A stretch of 64,000 nt of DNA, taken from contig CAMBFD010000003.1 of assembly GCA_945865625.1 (NCBI GenBank), positions 1,954 through 65,953 on the forward strand, in the 5' to 3' direction. The notes under the pieces are model-generated. The model saw only the letters and a list, made by a program, of their open reading frames with translations, ran no database searches and was not told where the DNA came from. Source of the stretch: Chitinophaga pinensis (lineage in GTDB: Bacteria > Bacteroidota > Bacteroidia > NS11-12g > UBA955). This document shows positions 28,099 through 37,354 of this stretch, in pieces; position 1 is the stretch's first letter; every line of letters begins with the position of its first letter. The position numbers and the translations under genes are program-made.

Positions 28099-28719
28099 AT
28101 GTATTTTCGCATCGTGCAATTTACATCAATAATTGTAGAAAAAGCTGTGGAAGCTTTATCTGGATTTCCAGGAATTGGGAAAAGAACGGCTTTAAGGTTG
28201 GTAATGTACTTGTTGAAGCGTCCTGAAACAGAGGTTTCTCAACTTTCAGAGGCATTAATTAAACTAAAAACTGAGCTTCATTTATGTGAGGAATGTTGCA
28301 ATGTGAGTGATACTGAAGTTTGTGCAATTTGCAGTAATTTAATGCGTCAGGCCGATATTATTTGCGTAGTAGAAGATTTTTCTGACCAAATGGCCATTGA
28401 ATCTACCTCTCAATTTTTTGGGAAGTATCATATTTTAGGGGGACTTATTTCACCAATGGATGGAATTGGCCCTGATGATTTAAACATTCAAAAGCTCGTT
28501 GAACGCGTTTCTTTAAATGAAGTTTCAGAAATCATTCTTGCATTGAGCGCAACAGTTGAAGGTGATACAACTATGTACTATATTGCAAAAAAATTGCAAT
28601 CGTTAAATGTGAAAATTTCGTGTATCGCTAGAGGAATTTCTGTAGGTGGAGAAATTGAATACGCCGATGAAATAACCTTAGGTAGAAGTTTAATGCATAG
28701 AACGAGTTACAACATTTAA
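28099..28719 (+). CDS. recR: recombination protein RecR
   Basis: LSGFPGIGKRTALRL helix-hairpin-helix, a C4 zinc finger (CEECCNVSDTEVCAIC) and a Toprim-like C-terminus. The start is uncertain: 28096, 28099 or 28114. Confidence 0.9.
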   Translation: MYFRIVQFTSIIVEKAVEALSGFPGIGKRTALRLVMYLLKRPETEVSQLSEALIKLKTELHLCEECCNVSDTEVCAICSNLMRQADIICVVEDFSDQMAIESTSQFFGKYHILGGLISPMDGIGPDDLNIQKLVERVSLNEVSEIILALSATVEGDTTMYYIAKKLQSLNVKISCIARGISVGGEIEYADEITLGRSLMHRTSYNI

Positions 28720-28723
28720 ACAG

Positions 28724-30664
28724 ATGCACAAATTATCAATCGTTATTGTCAATTACAATGTAAAACACTTTTTAGAACAAGTGTTGCTTTCTGTTGAAAA
28801 AGCAATTGTAAATGTAGATTCTGAGGTTTGGGTTGTTGATAATAACAGTGTTGATGGAAGCATGGAAATGGTGGCTTTGAAATTTCCTTGGGTTAAAACC
28901 ATTATTAATTCAGAAAATACTGGATTTTCACGTGCAAACAATCAAGCTATCAAAGTAAGCAATAGCGAATATGTATTGATTTTAAATCCCGACACCGTTT
29001 TACAGGAAGATACCCTCGAAAAATGTGTGAATTATTTAGATTCACATGCAAATGTAGGTGGATTGGGTGTAAAAATGATAGATGGGAAAGGACATTTTCT
29101 ACCTGAAAGCAAGAGAGGTTTGCCAACGCCCAAAGTTGCATTTTTTAAAATGACAGGTTTGGCAAATTTGTTTCCTAAGTCAAAGTACTTTGGTCGTTAT
29201 CACATGAAATATTTGAACGAAAATGAAACCCACGAGGTTGATGTTTTATCGGGTGCTTTTATGATGATGCGCAATTCGGTACTGCAAAAGGTTGGCTTAT
29301 TAGATGAAGCATTTTTTATGTACGGTGAAGATATTGATTTAAGCTACAGAATTATTCTTGGAGGGTTTAAAAATGTATATTTCGCCGATACCACAATCAT
29401 TCATTATAAAGGAGAGAGTACCAAAAGAAAATCGGCCAATTATGTCAAGGTTTTTTACAACGCAATGGTGCTCTTTGCCCAAAAACATTATTCTTCTAAC
29501 ATGGCGGGTTGGTTTGCTTTTTGGATCAAACTTGCAATTTATTTTAGAGCCTTTTTAGCTATATTTTTCAGAGGAGCACAAGCCATCTTTTTGCCTTTGG
29601 TAGATTTCGCAGGAATTTATGCCGGCTACTGGGGCATTGCAAAGTATTGGGAACTTTATCACAAATTTGTGAGAGGGTTCTATCCAGATATTTATTACCT
29701 CTTGCATATTCCAATTTATGCATTGTGCGTTTTGATTGCAGTTTTTATTTCTGGGGGATATGATAAGCCTTTCAAAGGCAGAAGATTACTCCGAGGAACT
29801 GCAATTGGAGCCATTGCAATTTTTGCTGTTTACGGATTTTTGCCAAAAGATTTGCAATTTTCGCGTGCAATTATTGGCTTAGGCTCGGCTTGGGCAATGG
29901 GTGTTTTATTTGCGATTCGTTTGATTGCTCAGTATTTTAAAATTGGAGATATTCATTTAACTTCCGATTCAGAAAAAAGAGTGATTGTTGTTGGAACACA
30001 AAAAGAAGCGGAAAGAATTCAACAATTGTTGAATAAAAGTCAAGTCGATCATAAAATGCTTTGTTGGGTTTTCCCTAAGCCAGATAAACAAGATGGCTTC
30101 GTTGGCGGTATTCATCAATTGTCGGAAATTATAGAAATTTATAAAGCCAATTTGGTTATTTTCAGTGGTAAAGATGTTCAAGCAGCCGAAATTATGAAAA
30201 CCATGGCTGATTTTGCAAAAAGTGGCATTCAACTTAAAATCGCACCCGATAAAGGTGAGTCCATCATTGGTTCAAGCTCCAAAAATGACCCAGGAGAACT
30301 TTTTACAATAGAAGTTAAATACGCTTTGGCTGAACTTCATCAACAAAGAAGAAAACGCATTTTCGATGTGCTATTTTCATTGTTGTTGATTTTTTTAGCC
30401 CCTTTACTGCTCATTTTTGGCCTGGCAAAACGAACAATTTTTGTGTTGTACAAAAATTTGGTACAAGTCTTGTTCGGTTTTAAAACATGGGTGAGCTACA
30501 ATGGCTCTAATACTGCAACTTTCTTGCCTAAATTGAAAAATGGTGTTTTTAAACCAAGTGGCAATTGGACGAATACCACTTTCGAAGGAAATGTAAACCA
30601 TGTTTACGCAAAAGAATTTCACGTTACAAAAGATATACAAACAATTTTGACAGCTATTTTTTAA
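28724..30664 (+). CDS. GT2 glycosyltransferase fused to a WbaP-like membrane/Rossmann scaffold with a degenerate phosphoglycosyl transferase C-terminus
   Basis: N-terminus has LSIVIVNYN, VVDNNSVDGS and LNPD. About 5 TM segments in the middle. Then RVIVVGTQKEAERI, RRKRIFDVLFSLLLIFLAPLLLIFGLA, and PGT-like remnants LVQVLFGFKTWVSY and YAKEFHVTKDIQTILTAIF. Confidence 0.6.
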   Translation: MHKLSIVIVNYNVKHFLEQVLLSVEKAIVNVDSEVWVVDNNSVDGSMEMVALKFPWVKTIINSENTGFSRANNQAIKVSNSEYVLILNPDTVLQEDTLEKCVNYLDSHANVGGLGVKMIDGKGHFLPESKRGLPTPKVAFFKMTGLANLFPKSKYFGRYHMKYLNENETHEVDVLSGAFMMMRNSVLQKVGLLDEAFFMYGEDIDLSYRIILGGFKNVYFADTTIIHYKGESTKRKSANYVKVFYNAMVLFAQKHYSSNMAGWFAFWIKLAIYFRAFLAIFFRGAQAIFLPLVDFAGIYAGYWGIAKYWELYHKFVRGFYPDIYYLLHIPIYALCVLIAVFISGGYDKPFKGRRLLRGTAIGAIAIFAVYGFLPKDLQFSRAIIGLGSAWAMGVLFAIRLIAQYFKIGDIHLTSDSEKRVIVVGTQKEAERIQQLLNKSQVDHKMLCWVFPKPDKQDGFVGGIHQLSEIIEIYKANLVIFSGKDVQAAEIMKTMADFAKSGIQLKIAPDKGESIIGSSSKNDPGELFTIEVKYALAELHQQRRKRIFDVLFSLLLIFLAPLLLIFGLAKRTIFVLYKNLVQVLFGFKTWVSYNGSNTATFLPKLKNGVFKPSGNWTNTTFEGNVNHVYAKEFHVTKDIQTILTAIF

Positions 30665-30667
30665 TCT

Positions 30668-31852
30668 ATGGCATTCTTTAATTTGAATAAAATAAATGCT
30701 TTTGAGTTAAAGAGAATGATTAAACTCATTCTCCTTTTGTTAGCATTGCTCATTAGTATTATCACTTTATTCTTATCTCAAAGATTGGTAGATAAAATTG
30801 CCGCGGAGGAAACCAAGAAAATGGAAATATGGGCTGACGCAGAACATATTTTATCTGACCCCGAAAGTGAAGGGGATTTAGGATTTCACCTCAAAATTAT
30901 TCAATCAAATACAACAATTCCAGCAATTTTAGTGAGTGAAACTGGCCGGGTTGTGCAACATATCAATATTCAAAAGGAAGGCGCAAAAAAGAAGATTTCT
31001 GATGCAACGCTTTTAGAGAAAATTGATGAATATAAATCCGAAAATGAACCCATTGATATTCCCATTGATGAAAAAACACATTACAAAGTTTTTTATGGAA
31101 AAAGTTCCGTTTTAAAGCAATTAAAATATTATCCGTATGTGGTTTTGGCAATTGTTGCTTTGTTTATGTTGCTGAGCTATTTTGCATTTTCGTATTCAAC
31201 GAGAAGTGAACAAAATCAAGTTTGGGTTGGTTTGGCGAAAGAAACAGCGCATCAGTTGGGAACCCCAATTTCGAGTTTGATGGGTTGGGTTGAATGCTTG
31301 GAAATGGAAATCATTCCAGAAAATGCCCCAGTTGAAATGCGTAAAGATATTGACCGACTAAAAATTATTACCGAACGCTTCTCTAAAATTGGTTCTGAAC
31401 CAGTGCTCGAATTGGCAGAAATTAATGCTGTTTTAAGCGATTCTGTTTCTTATATGCAATCAAGGTCTGGAGTCAATGTTCATTTTAATTTGAAATTATT
31501 TCCGAATGATATATTTGTTAAATTGAACGTTAATCTGTTTAATTGGGTCGTTGAAAATTTGATTAAAAATAGCATTGACGCAATGGAAGGAAGTGGAAAT
31601 TTAGAAGTGAATGTTTTATCTCGACATGAAAAGTTGATCATCGATTTCTCGGACAATGGAAAAGGCATCGCCAGAAATCAAATGACAGATATTTTTAAGC
31701 CCGGATTTACAACAAAAAAGAGAGGCTGGGGTTTGGGTTTATCATTGGCCAAAAGAATCATTGAAGATTATCATAAAGGACAAATATTTGTGAAAGAAAG
31801 CACTCCAAATGTGAAAACCTCTTTTAGAATAATTTTAAACATTCAATCATAA
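30668..31852 (+). CDS. sensor histidine kinase (two TM segments, no adjacent response regulator)
   Basis: H-box ETAHQLGTPISSL. HATPase N/G boxes: NLIKNSIDAM, DNGKGI, GWGLGLSLAKRI. Confidence 0.85.
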   Translation: MAFFNLNKINAFELKRMIKLILLLLALLISIITLFLSQRLVDKIAAEETKKMEIWADAEHILSDPESEGDLGFHLKIIQSNTTIPAILVSETGRVVQHINIQKEGAKKKISDATLLEKIDEYKSENEPIDIPIDEKTHYKVFYGKSSVLKQLKYYPYVVLAIVALFMLLSYFAFSYSTRSEQNQVWVGLAKETAHQLGTPISSLMGWVECLEMEIIPENAPVEMRKDIDRLKIITERFSKIGSEPVLELAEINAVLSDSVSYMQSRSGVNVHFNLKLFPNDIFVKLNVNLFNWVVENLIKNSIDAMEGSGNLEVNVLSRHEKLIIDFSDNGKGIARNQMTDIFKPGFTTKKRGWGLGLSLAKRIIEDYHKGQIFVKESTPNVKTSFRIILNIQS

Positions 31853-31859
31853 ACTCATT

Positions 31860-31867
31860 TATATTTG
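31860..31867 (+). promoter_or_regulatory. -7 box TATATTTG, 4 nt upstream of the DUF4293-like ATG
   Basis: Matches TAnnTTTG with N4 spacing. Confidence 0.45.
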
Positions 31868-31871
31868 AACT

Positions 31872-32363
31872 ATGTTACAACGCATTCAAACTTTATACCT
31901 GTTTTTAATTTTTACGATCGACACATTGTTGATCATTGCCAATCCCATTTATGCCGAATTTCAAATGAAGGATGGACTAGATCCAACTTCAGTTTTGATG
32001 CAATTCTGGAATCAGGTATCATTGTATGTAAGTATAGAATGTCCTATTTTAAGTTATAAATTTTTAAATTTAATGTTAATGGTTGTCATTGCAATTGGGG
32101 CTATTTATACCATTTTCTTGTTTAAAAATCGCAAGTTACAATTGAAAATTTCGAAGTTTTTGGTGCTGTTGAACCTCACATTCTTAATTGTTTTATTGGT
32201 TGATTTTTATCTAACCAAAAAACAATTTACCGCACTTTTGTCAATCAATACCTTAGGATTTCAAATTCTTTGGCCTGTTTTGATGGTTGTGTTTGCAATT
32301 TTGGCTTTAATTGGCATTCGTTCCGATGATAAGTTGGTGCAAAGCATGGATAGAATTCGATGA
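31872..32363 (+). CDS. DUF4293-like integral membrane protein
   Basis: MLQRIQTLYLFL N-terminus and 4-5 TM segments. Confidence 0.5.
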   Translation: MLQRIQTLYLFLIFTIDTLLIIANPIYAEFQMKDGLDPTSVLMQFWNQVSLYVSIECPILSYKFLNLMLMVVIAIGAIYTIFLFKNRKLQLKISKFLVLLNLTFLIVLLVDFYLTKKQFTALLSINTLGFQILWPVLMVVFAILALIGIRSDDKLVQSMDRIR

Positions 32364-34201
32364 GATTTGCGCTTCTAATTATTATATTGGTCTCTTCTTT
32401 TTCGGAGGGACATTCACAGGGTACAAAGAAAATTGTCCCTCAAAAACAAAAAGCTTTCTCTGAAGTAAAGACTTCCGAAGATATTTTTCTGACGCCTTAT
32501 GAAAAGGGAAATTATACCAAAACGGCAACGTATGCTGAAACGTTTGAATGGTATCAAAAAATTCAAAAGGCTTTTCCCCAAAGAACATCTTTGTTTGAAA
32601 TTGGAAACACCGACATTGGTTTACCGATGTATTGTTTTAAAATAGGTAAAATGCCATTGGTTGAAACTCAAAATAAGGGTCAAGCAACGGTTGGAGAAGC
32701 TAAAAATAAATTCAATAAAAATAACTTAAAAGTTTTAATAAATAACAACATACACCCTGGTGAACCAGAAGGCACAGATGCCTGTATGTTGCTTGTGAAA
32801 AATATGCTTGTTGACGGACATCGATTCCGAAGTATGTTCGAGCATTTAGATGTTTATATCATTTTGCAATTCAATGTAGATGGCACTTTAAATCGTAGTT
32901 CAACGTCACGGGCCAATCAAGACGGACCAGATGAATATGGATTTAGGGGGAATGCAAAAAACTTGGATTTAAATCGCGATTTTATTAAGCTTGATAGCAG
33001 AAATACACAGACTTTGGTTTCGTTTATGTCCAAAGAAAATTTCGATTATTTTGTTGATAATCATACATCAAACGGTGCTGATTATCAATATACATTGACA
33101 TATTTTCATACAAGAATTGAGAAATTGCCTTCGTATTTGGTTAAAACTACGTTAATGGTTGATACTCTGTTGAAGAACACATTACTGAATGCAGGTTGGC
33201 CAACTTCGCCATATGTGAATACCATGCAAGAAGTTCCAGATAGCGGATTGGTTGGCTTTTATGAATCACCAAGATATGCAACAGGATGGGCATCTTTAAA
33301 ACATACAATTGGTTTTACTGTTGAAACACACATGTTGAAGCCATTCCATACGAGGGTTGATGCAACCAGAGGTTTTTTGGAGAACTTTTTGAATTGTGTT
33401 GCGAGCGATAAAATCATGGCGCAAAAGAAAAGTGATCAACTGCGTTTTCGTTTAAATTCTAATTTGAATCTTACGAAATACAATCATTTTAAGCTAGACC
33501 ATGCTAGTTTTGAATGGATGGATTTTCTGGGTTACGAATTTGGATACAAACCAAGTGGTGTATCAGGATTGCCACGATTATATTACGATCGCAATAAACC
33601 CAAAACAATTCGACTCAAATATTACAATCATTATGTTCCCACTGATTCAATTCTGATGCCTAAAGCTTATGTTGTGCCATTTGCATACAAGGAGGTGATT
33701 GATCGTTTGAATATAAATGGCATTGAAATGGAATCATTTAAAGCCGATACAAGCGTGTTTTGCAATGTTAGCTATATCGAAGACTATAAAACGGTCAAAG
33801 ATCCTTATGAGGGACATTATTTGCACTCTCAAGTGAAAACAAGAGATACAATGATGAAGATAAATGTATATGCTGGAGATAAACTTGTTTTTGTGAATCC
33901 TGGAAATAGTGATTTTCTATCGGCAACGTTAGAACCTAAATCGCCAGATAGTTATTTCTGTTGGAACTTTTTTGATGGAATATTACAGCAAAAAGAGGGT
34001 TATAGCGCTTATGTATTCGAAGATAAAGCTGTTGAGATTTTATCTAATAATCGAGATCTCAAAGTAGCACTGATGAAGAAACAACAGCAAGATTCAAATT
34101 TTGCAAAAGATGCAGCAGCTCAATTAGATTACGTGTATAAGCATTCTGATTATTATGAAAAATCGCACAAGCGCTATCCAATTTATCGAGTTGGATTTTA
34201 A
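32360..34201 (+). CDS. M14 family zinc carboxypeptidase
   Basis: Signal peptide, NIHPGEPEG (HxxE zinc ligands) and LDLNRDF motifs. The ATGA start overlaps the upstream gene. Confidence 0.8.
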   Translation: MRFALLIIILVSSFSEGHSQGTKKIVPQKQKAFSEVKTSEDIFLTPYEKGNYTKTATYAETFEWYQKIQKAFPQRTSLFEIGNTDIGLPMYCFKIGKMPLVETQNKGQATVGEAKNKFNKNNLKVLINNNIHPGEPEGTDACMLLVKNMLVDGHRFRSMFEHLDVYIILQFNVDGTLNRSSTSRANQDGPDEYGFRGNAKNLDLNRDFIKLDSRNTQTLVSFMSKENFDYFVDNHTSNGADYQYTLTYFHTRIEKLPSYLVKTTLMVDTLLKNTLLNAGWPTSPYVNTMQEVPDSGLVGFYESPRYATGWASLKHTIGFTVETHMLKPFHTRVDATRGFLENFLNCVASDKIMAQKKSDQLRFRLNSNLNLTKYNHFKLDHASFEWMDFLGYEFGYKPSGVSGLPRLYYDRNKPKTIRLKYYNHYVPTDSILMPKAYVVPFAYKEVIDRLNINGIEMESFKADTSVFCNVSYIEDYKTVKDPYEGHYLHSQVKTRDTMMKINVYAGDKLVFVNPGNSDFLSATLEPKSPDSYFCWNFFDGILQQKEGYSAYVFEDKAVEILSNNRDLKVALMKKQQQDSNFAKDAAAQLDYVYKHSDYYEKSHKRYPIYRVGF

Positions 34202-34233
34202 ATAACTGATAACCCAGGGTAAGTCAGTTATGC

Positions 34234-34650
34234 TTATTCTCCGAAATATTCTACAAAGTTATTTTGAGTTTCCCAAAGGGTAATTTTATGCAAATGAACA
34301 CCTTCAGGCAGTTTTGCAGCAATTCTGTGCCAAACAGCAACAGAAATGTTTTCAATTGATGGCATTTTACCTAGCAACCATGGAACATCTAAATTTAAAT
34401 TTTGATGGTCTAAATGGTCAATCACTTCGTTTCGAATAATGACTTTAAGTTTTTTTAAATCCATGACACAACCCGTATCTGGATTGGGCTGCCCTTTTAC
34501 ACATACATACAGGTCGAAATTGTGACCATGGAAATGAGGATTGGCACATTTGCCAAACACTTCAAAGTTCTTATCATCAGACCAATTTGAATTCCAAAGC
34601 TGGTGAGCAGCGTTAAAATGTTCTTTGCGAGTAATGTAGAGTAGGGACAT
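34234..34650 (-). CDS. queD: 6-carboxy-5,6,7,8-tetrahydropterin synthase
   Basis: FNAAHQL and NPHFHGHNF motifs. 138 aa. Confidence 0.88.
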   Translation of the reverse strand: MSLLYITRKEHFNAAHQLWNSNWSDDKNFEVFGKCANPHFHGHNFDLYVCVKGQPNPDTGCVMDLKKLKVIIRNEVIDHLDHQNLNLDVPWLLGKMPSIENISVAVWHRIAAKLPEGVHLHKITLWETQNNFVEYFGE

Positions 34651-34658
34651 TTCGAGTG

Positions 34659-34666
34659 CAAAATTA
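34659..34666 (-). promoter_or_regulatory. -7 box TAATTTTG, 8 nt upstream of the queD ATG
   Basis: Matches TAnnTTTG on the minus strand. Confidence 0.45.
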
Positions 34667-34681
34667 AATCTAAAATTTGGC

Positions 34682-35818
34682 TTAATACCAAGTTTTCAAT
34701 TTTTCTATAGTTGTTTTAATATCCTCAAGTGTATTATATTTTCCGAAGCTGAACCGAATGGTTGTTCTGTCGGTTCCTGGTTTAATGCAATTGATAACAT
34801 GGCTTCCACCAGTTGCTCCGCTTGAACAGGCGCTTCCTCCACTTGCCGAGATTCCGTTGATGTCTAAGTTGAACAATAACATGTTGCCGGCATCAGAACT
34901 CGGGAAAGAAACGCTCAATACGGTGTACAAGCTATTTCCTTCAGGGTCGCCATTGAATTCAATGCCTTCAATATTTTCTTTTAAAGCATGAATCATTTCT
35001 GATTTAAGTTTGCTAATATGAGCATGTTTGTGCTCTAAATCACGGTAGCTAATTTCGAGTGCTTTAGCGATTCCAACAATACCATGAACATTTTCAGTAC
35101 CACCTCGAACTTCTCTTTCTTGAGAACCACCGGTAATTTCAGGGGCTACACGATTTTTTTTGTTCATGTATAAGAAACCAACACCTTTCGGCCCGTTGAA
35201 TTTATGTCCTGCACCACAAAGAAAATCTACATATCCTTTGCTTAAGTCAAAATTATAATGACCCATGGTTTGAACAGTATCGCTATGGAACAATGCATTC
35301 GCTTGATGGATGTTGTTTCCAACCTCCTCAATATTTAGCATATTGCCAATTTCGTTATTGGCATGCATCAAACTTACCAATGCATTTGGGTATTTTTTTA
35401 GCAATTCATAGAGGTGGTTTGTGTCTACATGCCCATTTGGTAAGATGTTGACTAGTTGTAAATTAATCTTAGTGTTCTTATGAAGATCTTCGGCAGTATG
35501 AAGTACCGCATGATGTTCGATTGGAGAAGAAATGATGGTTGTTACACCCAAATTGGCAACAGAACCGCGAAGTACTAAATTGTCGGCTTCTGTTCCACCT
35601 GAAGTAAAAAAGATTTCTCCTGGAGAGCATTTTAACAAAGATGCAATTTTGCCACGAGATTCTTCAATGATATTCTTTGCTTTTCTACCATGACCATGGG
35701 TTGAACTTGGATTTCCAAAATGCTCACGCAACATTGGAATCATAGCATCAACAACCTCAGGATCCATTGGAGTCGTTGCCGCGTTGTCTAGGTAAATTCT
35801 TTCAGTTAAATTATTCAT
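34682..35818 (-). CDS. cysteine desulfurase (NifS/IscS class V aminotransferase)
   Basis: FTSGGTEADN, GAGHKFNGPKGVG (PLP Lys) and SASGGSACSSG (catalytic Cys). Confidence 0.88.
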   Translation of the reverse strand: MNNLTERIYLDNAATTPMDPEVVDAMIPMLREHFGNPSSTHGHGRKAKNIIEESRGKIASLLKCSPGEIFFTSGGTEADNLVLRGSVANLGVTTIISSPIEHHAVLHTAEDLHKNTKINLQLVNILPNGHVDTNHLYELLKKYPNALVSLMHANNEIGNMLNIEEVGNNIHQANALFHSDTVQTMGHYNFDLSKGYVDFLCGAGHKFNGPKGVGFLYMNKKNRVAPEITGGSQEREVRGGTENVHGIVGIAKALEISYRDLEHKHAHISKLKSEMIHALKENIEGIEFNGDPEGNSLYTVLSVSFPSSDAGNMLLFNLDINGISASGGSACSSGATGGSHVINCIKPGTDRTTIRFSFGKYNTLEDIKTTIEKLKTWY

Positions 35819-36711
35819 TAAATGTGATTATTGATATTCAAATAGCCTAAAAATTTATAACAAAGTTTAGCCATAGTGAATTCTGTGATAATGTCAACTT
35901 CGCGTGGAGCAATTTCAACGATATCGAAACCAACAACCTTCTTTCTTTCGCAAAGTCTTTTTAATAATTGTGTGCCTTGTTGCCAAGATAAACCGCCTGG
36001 TTCAGCTGTGCCAACGGCAGGAACAATCGATGGATCGAAACCATCAGCATCAATTGAAACGTAAACCACATCTCCCAATTTATCGATACAGGCATCAATC
36101 CATTTGTTGTCTTTATCGAGCATATGTGCATACCAAGTATTTATAATTGGCGAAGATTTAATGAGTTGAGATTCTTCCAAACATTGAGCTCTAATGCCCA
36201 CTTGTACCAAATTTACCCCCATGTCGTTAATTCTTGCCATCACGCTCGCATGAGAATAAGGATTTCCATTATACTCTTGACGCAAATCTGAATGTGCATC
36301 TATTTGCAAAACAGATATTGAGGGATATTTTTCTTTGTAGGCACGAATGAAACCATTTGTTACGGTATGTTCAGCTCCTAAAGAAACCACAAATTTATCT
36401 TTGTTTAAAAGTTCACGTGTTTGATTGGCAATGAGCACCATTGCATCTTCATCTACTTTCCCTTCAAAATCTAAAGAATCTAAAGTTGCAATCCCAATAT
36501 TTTTATAGGTTTCTTGATCAATTTCTTCATCGTAGAATTCTACAAAATGCGAAGCATCAACCATTGCCTTTGGCCCTTTATCCGAACCAGCAATGTAGCT
36601 ACTTGTGTATTCATATGGTATTTGTTGAATGACAACCTTTGCATTTTCGAGGGTTGTTAATTCAGCATCGGGTAGAGATAAAAATCCCTCTTCAGCAGGT
36701 AAAACTTTCAT
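35818..36711 (-). CDS. arginase-family ureohydrolase (agmatinase-like)
   Basis: LQIDAHSDLR, SIDADGFDPS and GFDIVEIAP metal-binding motifs. Confidence 0.8.
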   Translation of the reverse strand: MKVLPAEEGFLSLPDAELTTLENAKVVIQQIPYEYTSSYIAGSDKGPKAMVDASHFVEFYDEEIDQETYKNIGIATLDSLDFEGKVDEDAMVLIANQTRELLNKDKFVVSLGAEHTVTNGFIRAYKEKYPSISVLQIDAHSDLRQEYNGNPYSHASVMARINDMGVNLVQVGIRAQCLEESQLIKSSPIINTWYAHMLDKDNKWIDACIDKLGDVVYVSIDADGFDPSIVPAVGTAEPGGLSWQQGTQLLKRLCERKKVVGFDIVEIAPREVDIITEFTMAKLCYKFLGYLNINNHI

Positions 36712-36717
36712 TTTAAA

Positions 36718-37281
36718 TTACTTTACACGCTCCATGTATTCGCCAGTACGGGTATCAACTTTAATTTTTGTTCCAATGTCAATAAACAAAGGAATGAAAA
36801 CAGTTGCACCGGTTTCAACGGTTGCTGGTTTAAGCGTGTTTGTGGCAGTATCGCCTTTTAAACCTGGTTCAGTGTAGGTAATTTCGACGATTGCAGTATG
36901 GGGAGCTTCTGCAGAAATAGGAATGTCGCCACCCTCAAATGCAATGATCACAGTGTCGCCTTCTTTCATAAATTTAGCACCATTGCCAAACAAATGTTTT
37001 TGTACCGGTATTTGATCGTAAGTATCGTTATCCATGCAAACGTAAGCATCACCTTCTTCGTAAAGATATTGGAGTTCTCTTGTTTCTACACGAACAATTT
37101 CAACTGTTTCACCACTACGAAAGCGATTTTCGGCCAATTTACCATCTTTCACTCGGCGCATTTTCGCTTGATAAAAGGCACGTAAATTACCTGGAGTTCT
37201 GTGTTGCCATTCAATAATGTGGCATAATTCGCCATTATAACGAATAAAATTACCGTTTGAAACGTCTTGAGTAGTTGCCAT
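36718..37281 (-). CDS. efp: translation elongation factor P (atypical beta3-beta4 loop)
   Basis: 187 aa with three-domain EF-P collinearity and C-terminal TEPGLKGDTATNTLKPATVETG. The loop reads HRTPGNLRAF instead of KPGKG. Confidence 0.85.
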   Translation of the reverse strand: MATTQDVSNGNFIRYNGELCHIIEWQHRTPGNLRAFYQAKMRRVKDGKLAENRFRSGETVEIVRVETRELQYLYEEGDAYVCMDNDTYDQIPVQKHLFGNGAKFMKEGDTVIIAFEGGDIPISAEAPHTAIVEITYTEPGLKGDTATNTLKPATVETGATVFIPLFIDIGTKIKVDTRTGEYMERVK

Positions 37282-37288
37282 ACAAGTG

Positions 37289-37296
37289 CAAAGGTA
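37289..37296 (-). promoter_or_regulatory. -7 box TACCTTTG, 7 nt upstream of the efp ATG
   Basis: Matches TAnnTTTG on the minus strand. Confidence 0.45.
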
Positions 37297-37354
37297 GGAT
37301 TTTTTTTTAAATTGAGGATGTCCTCCTGATTTTCAATTTGAAGTTGTGCGAGCC

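Noticed and set aside
34202-34231. The hairpin ATAACTGA-N14-TCAGTTAT between the convergent M14 and queD genes, as a terminator.
   Set aside because: It has an 8-bp AT-rich stem with a 14-nt loop and no T-run on either strand. That is too weak to call.
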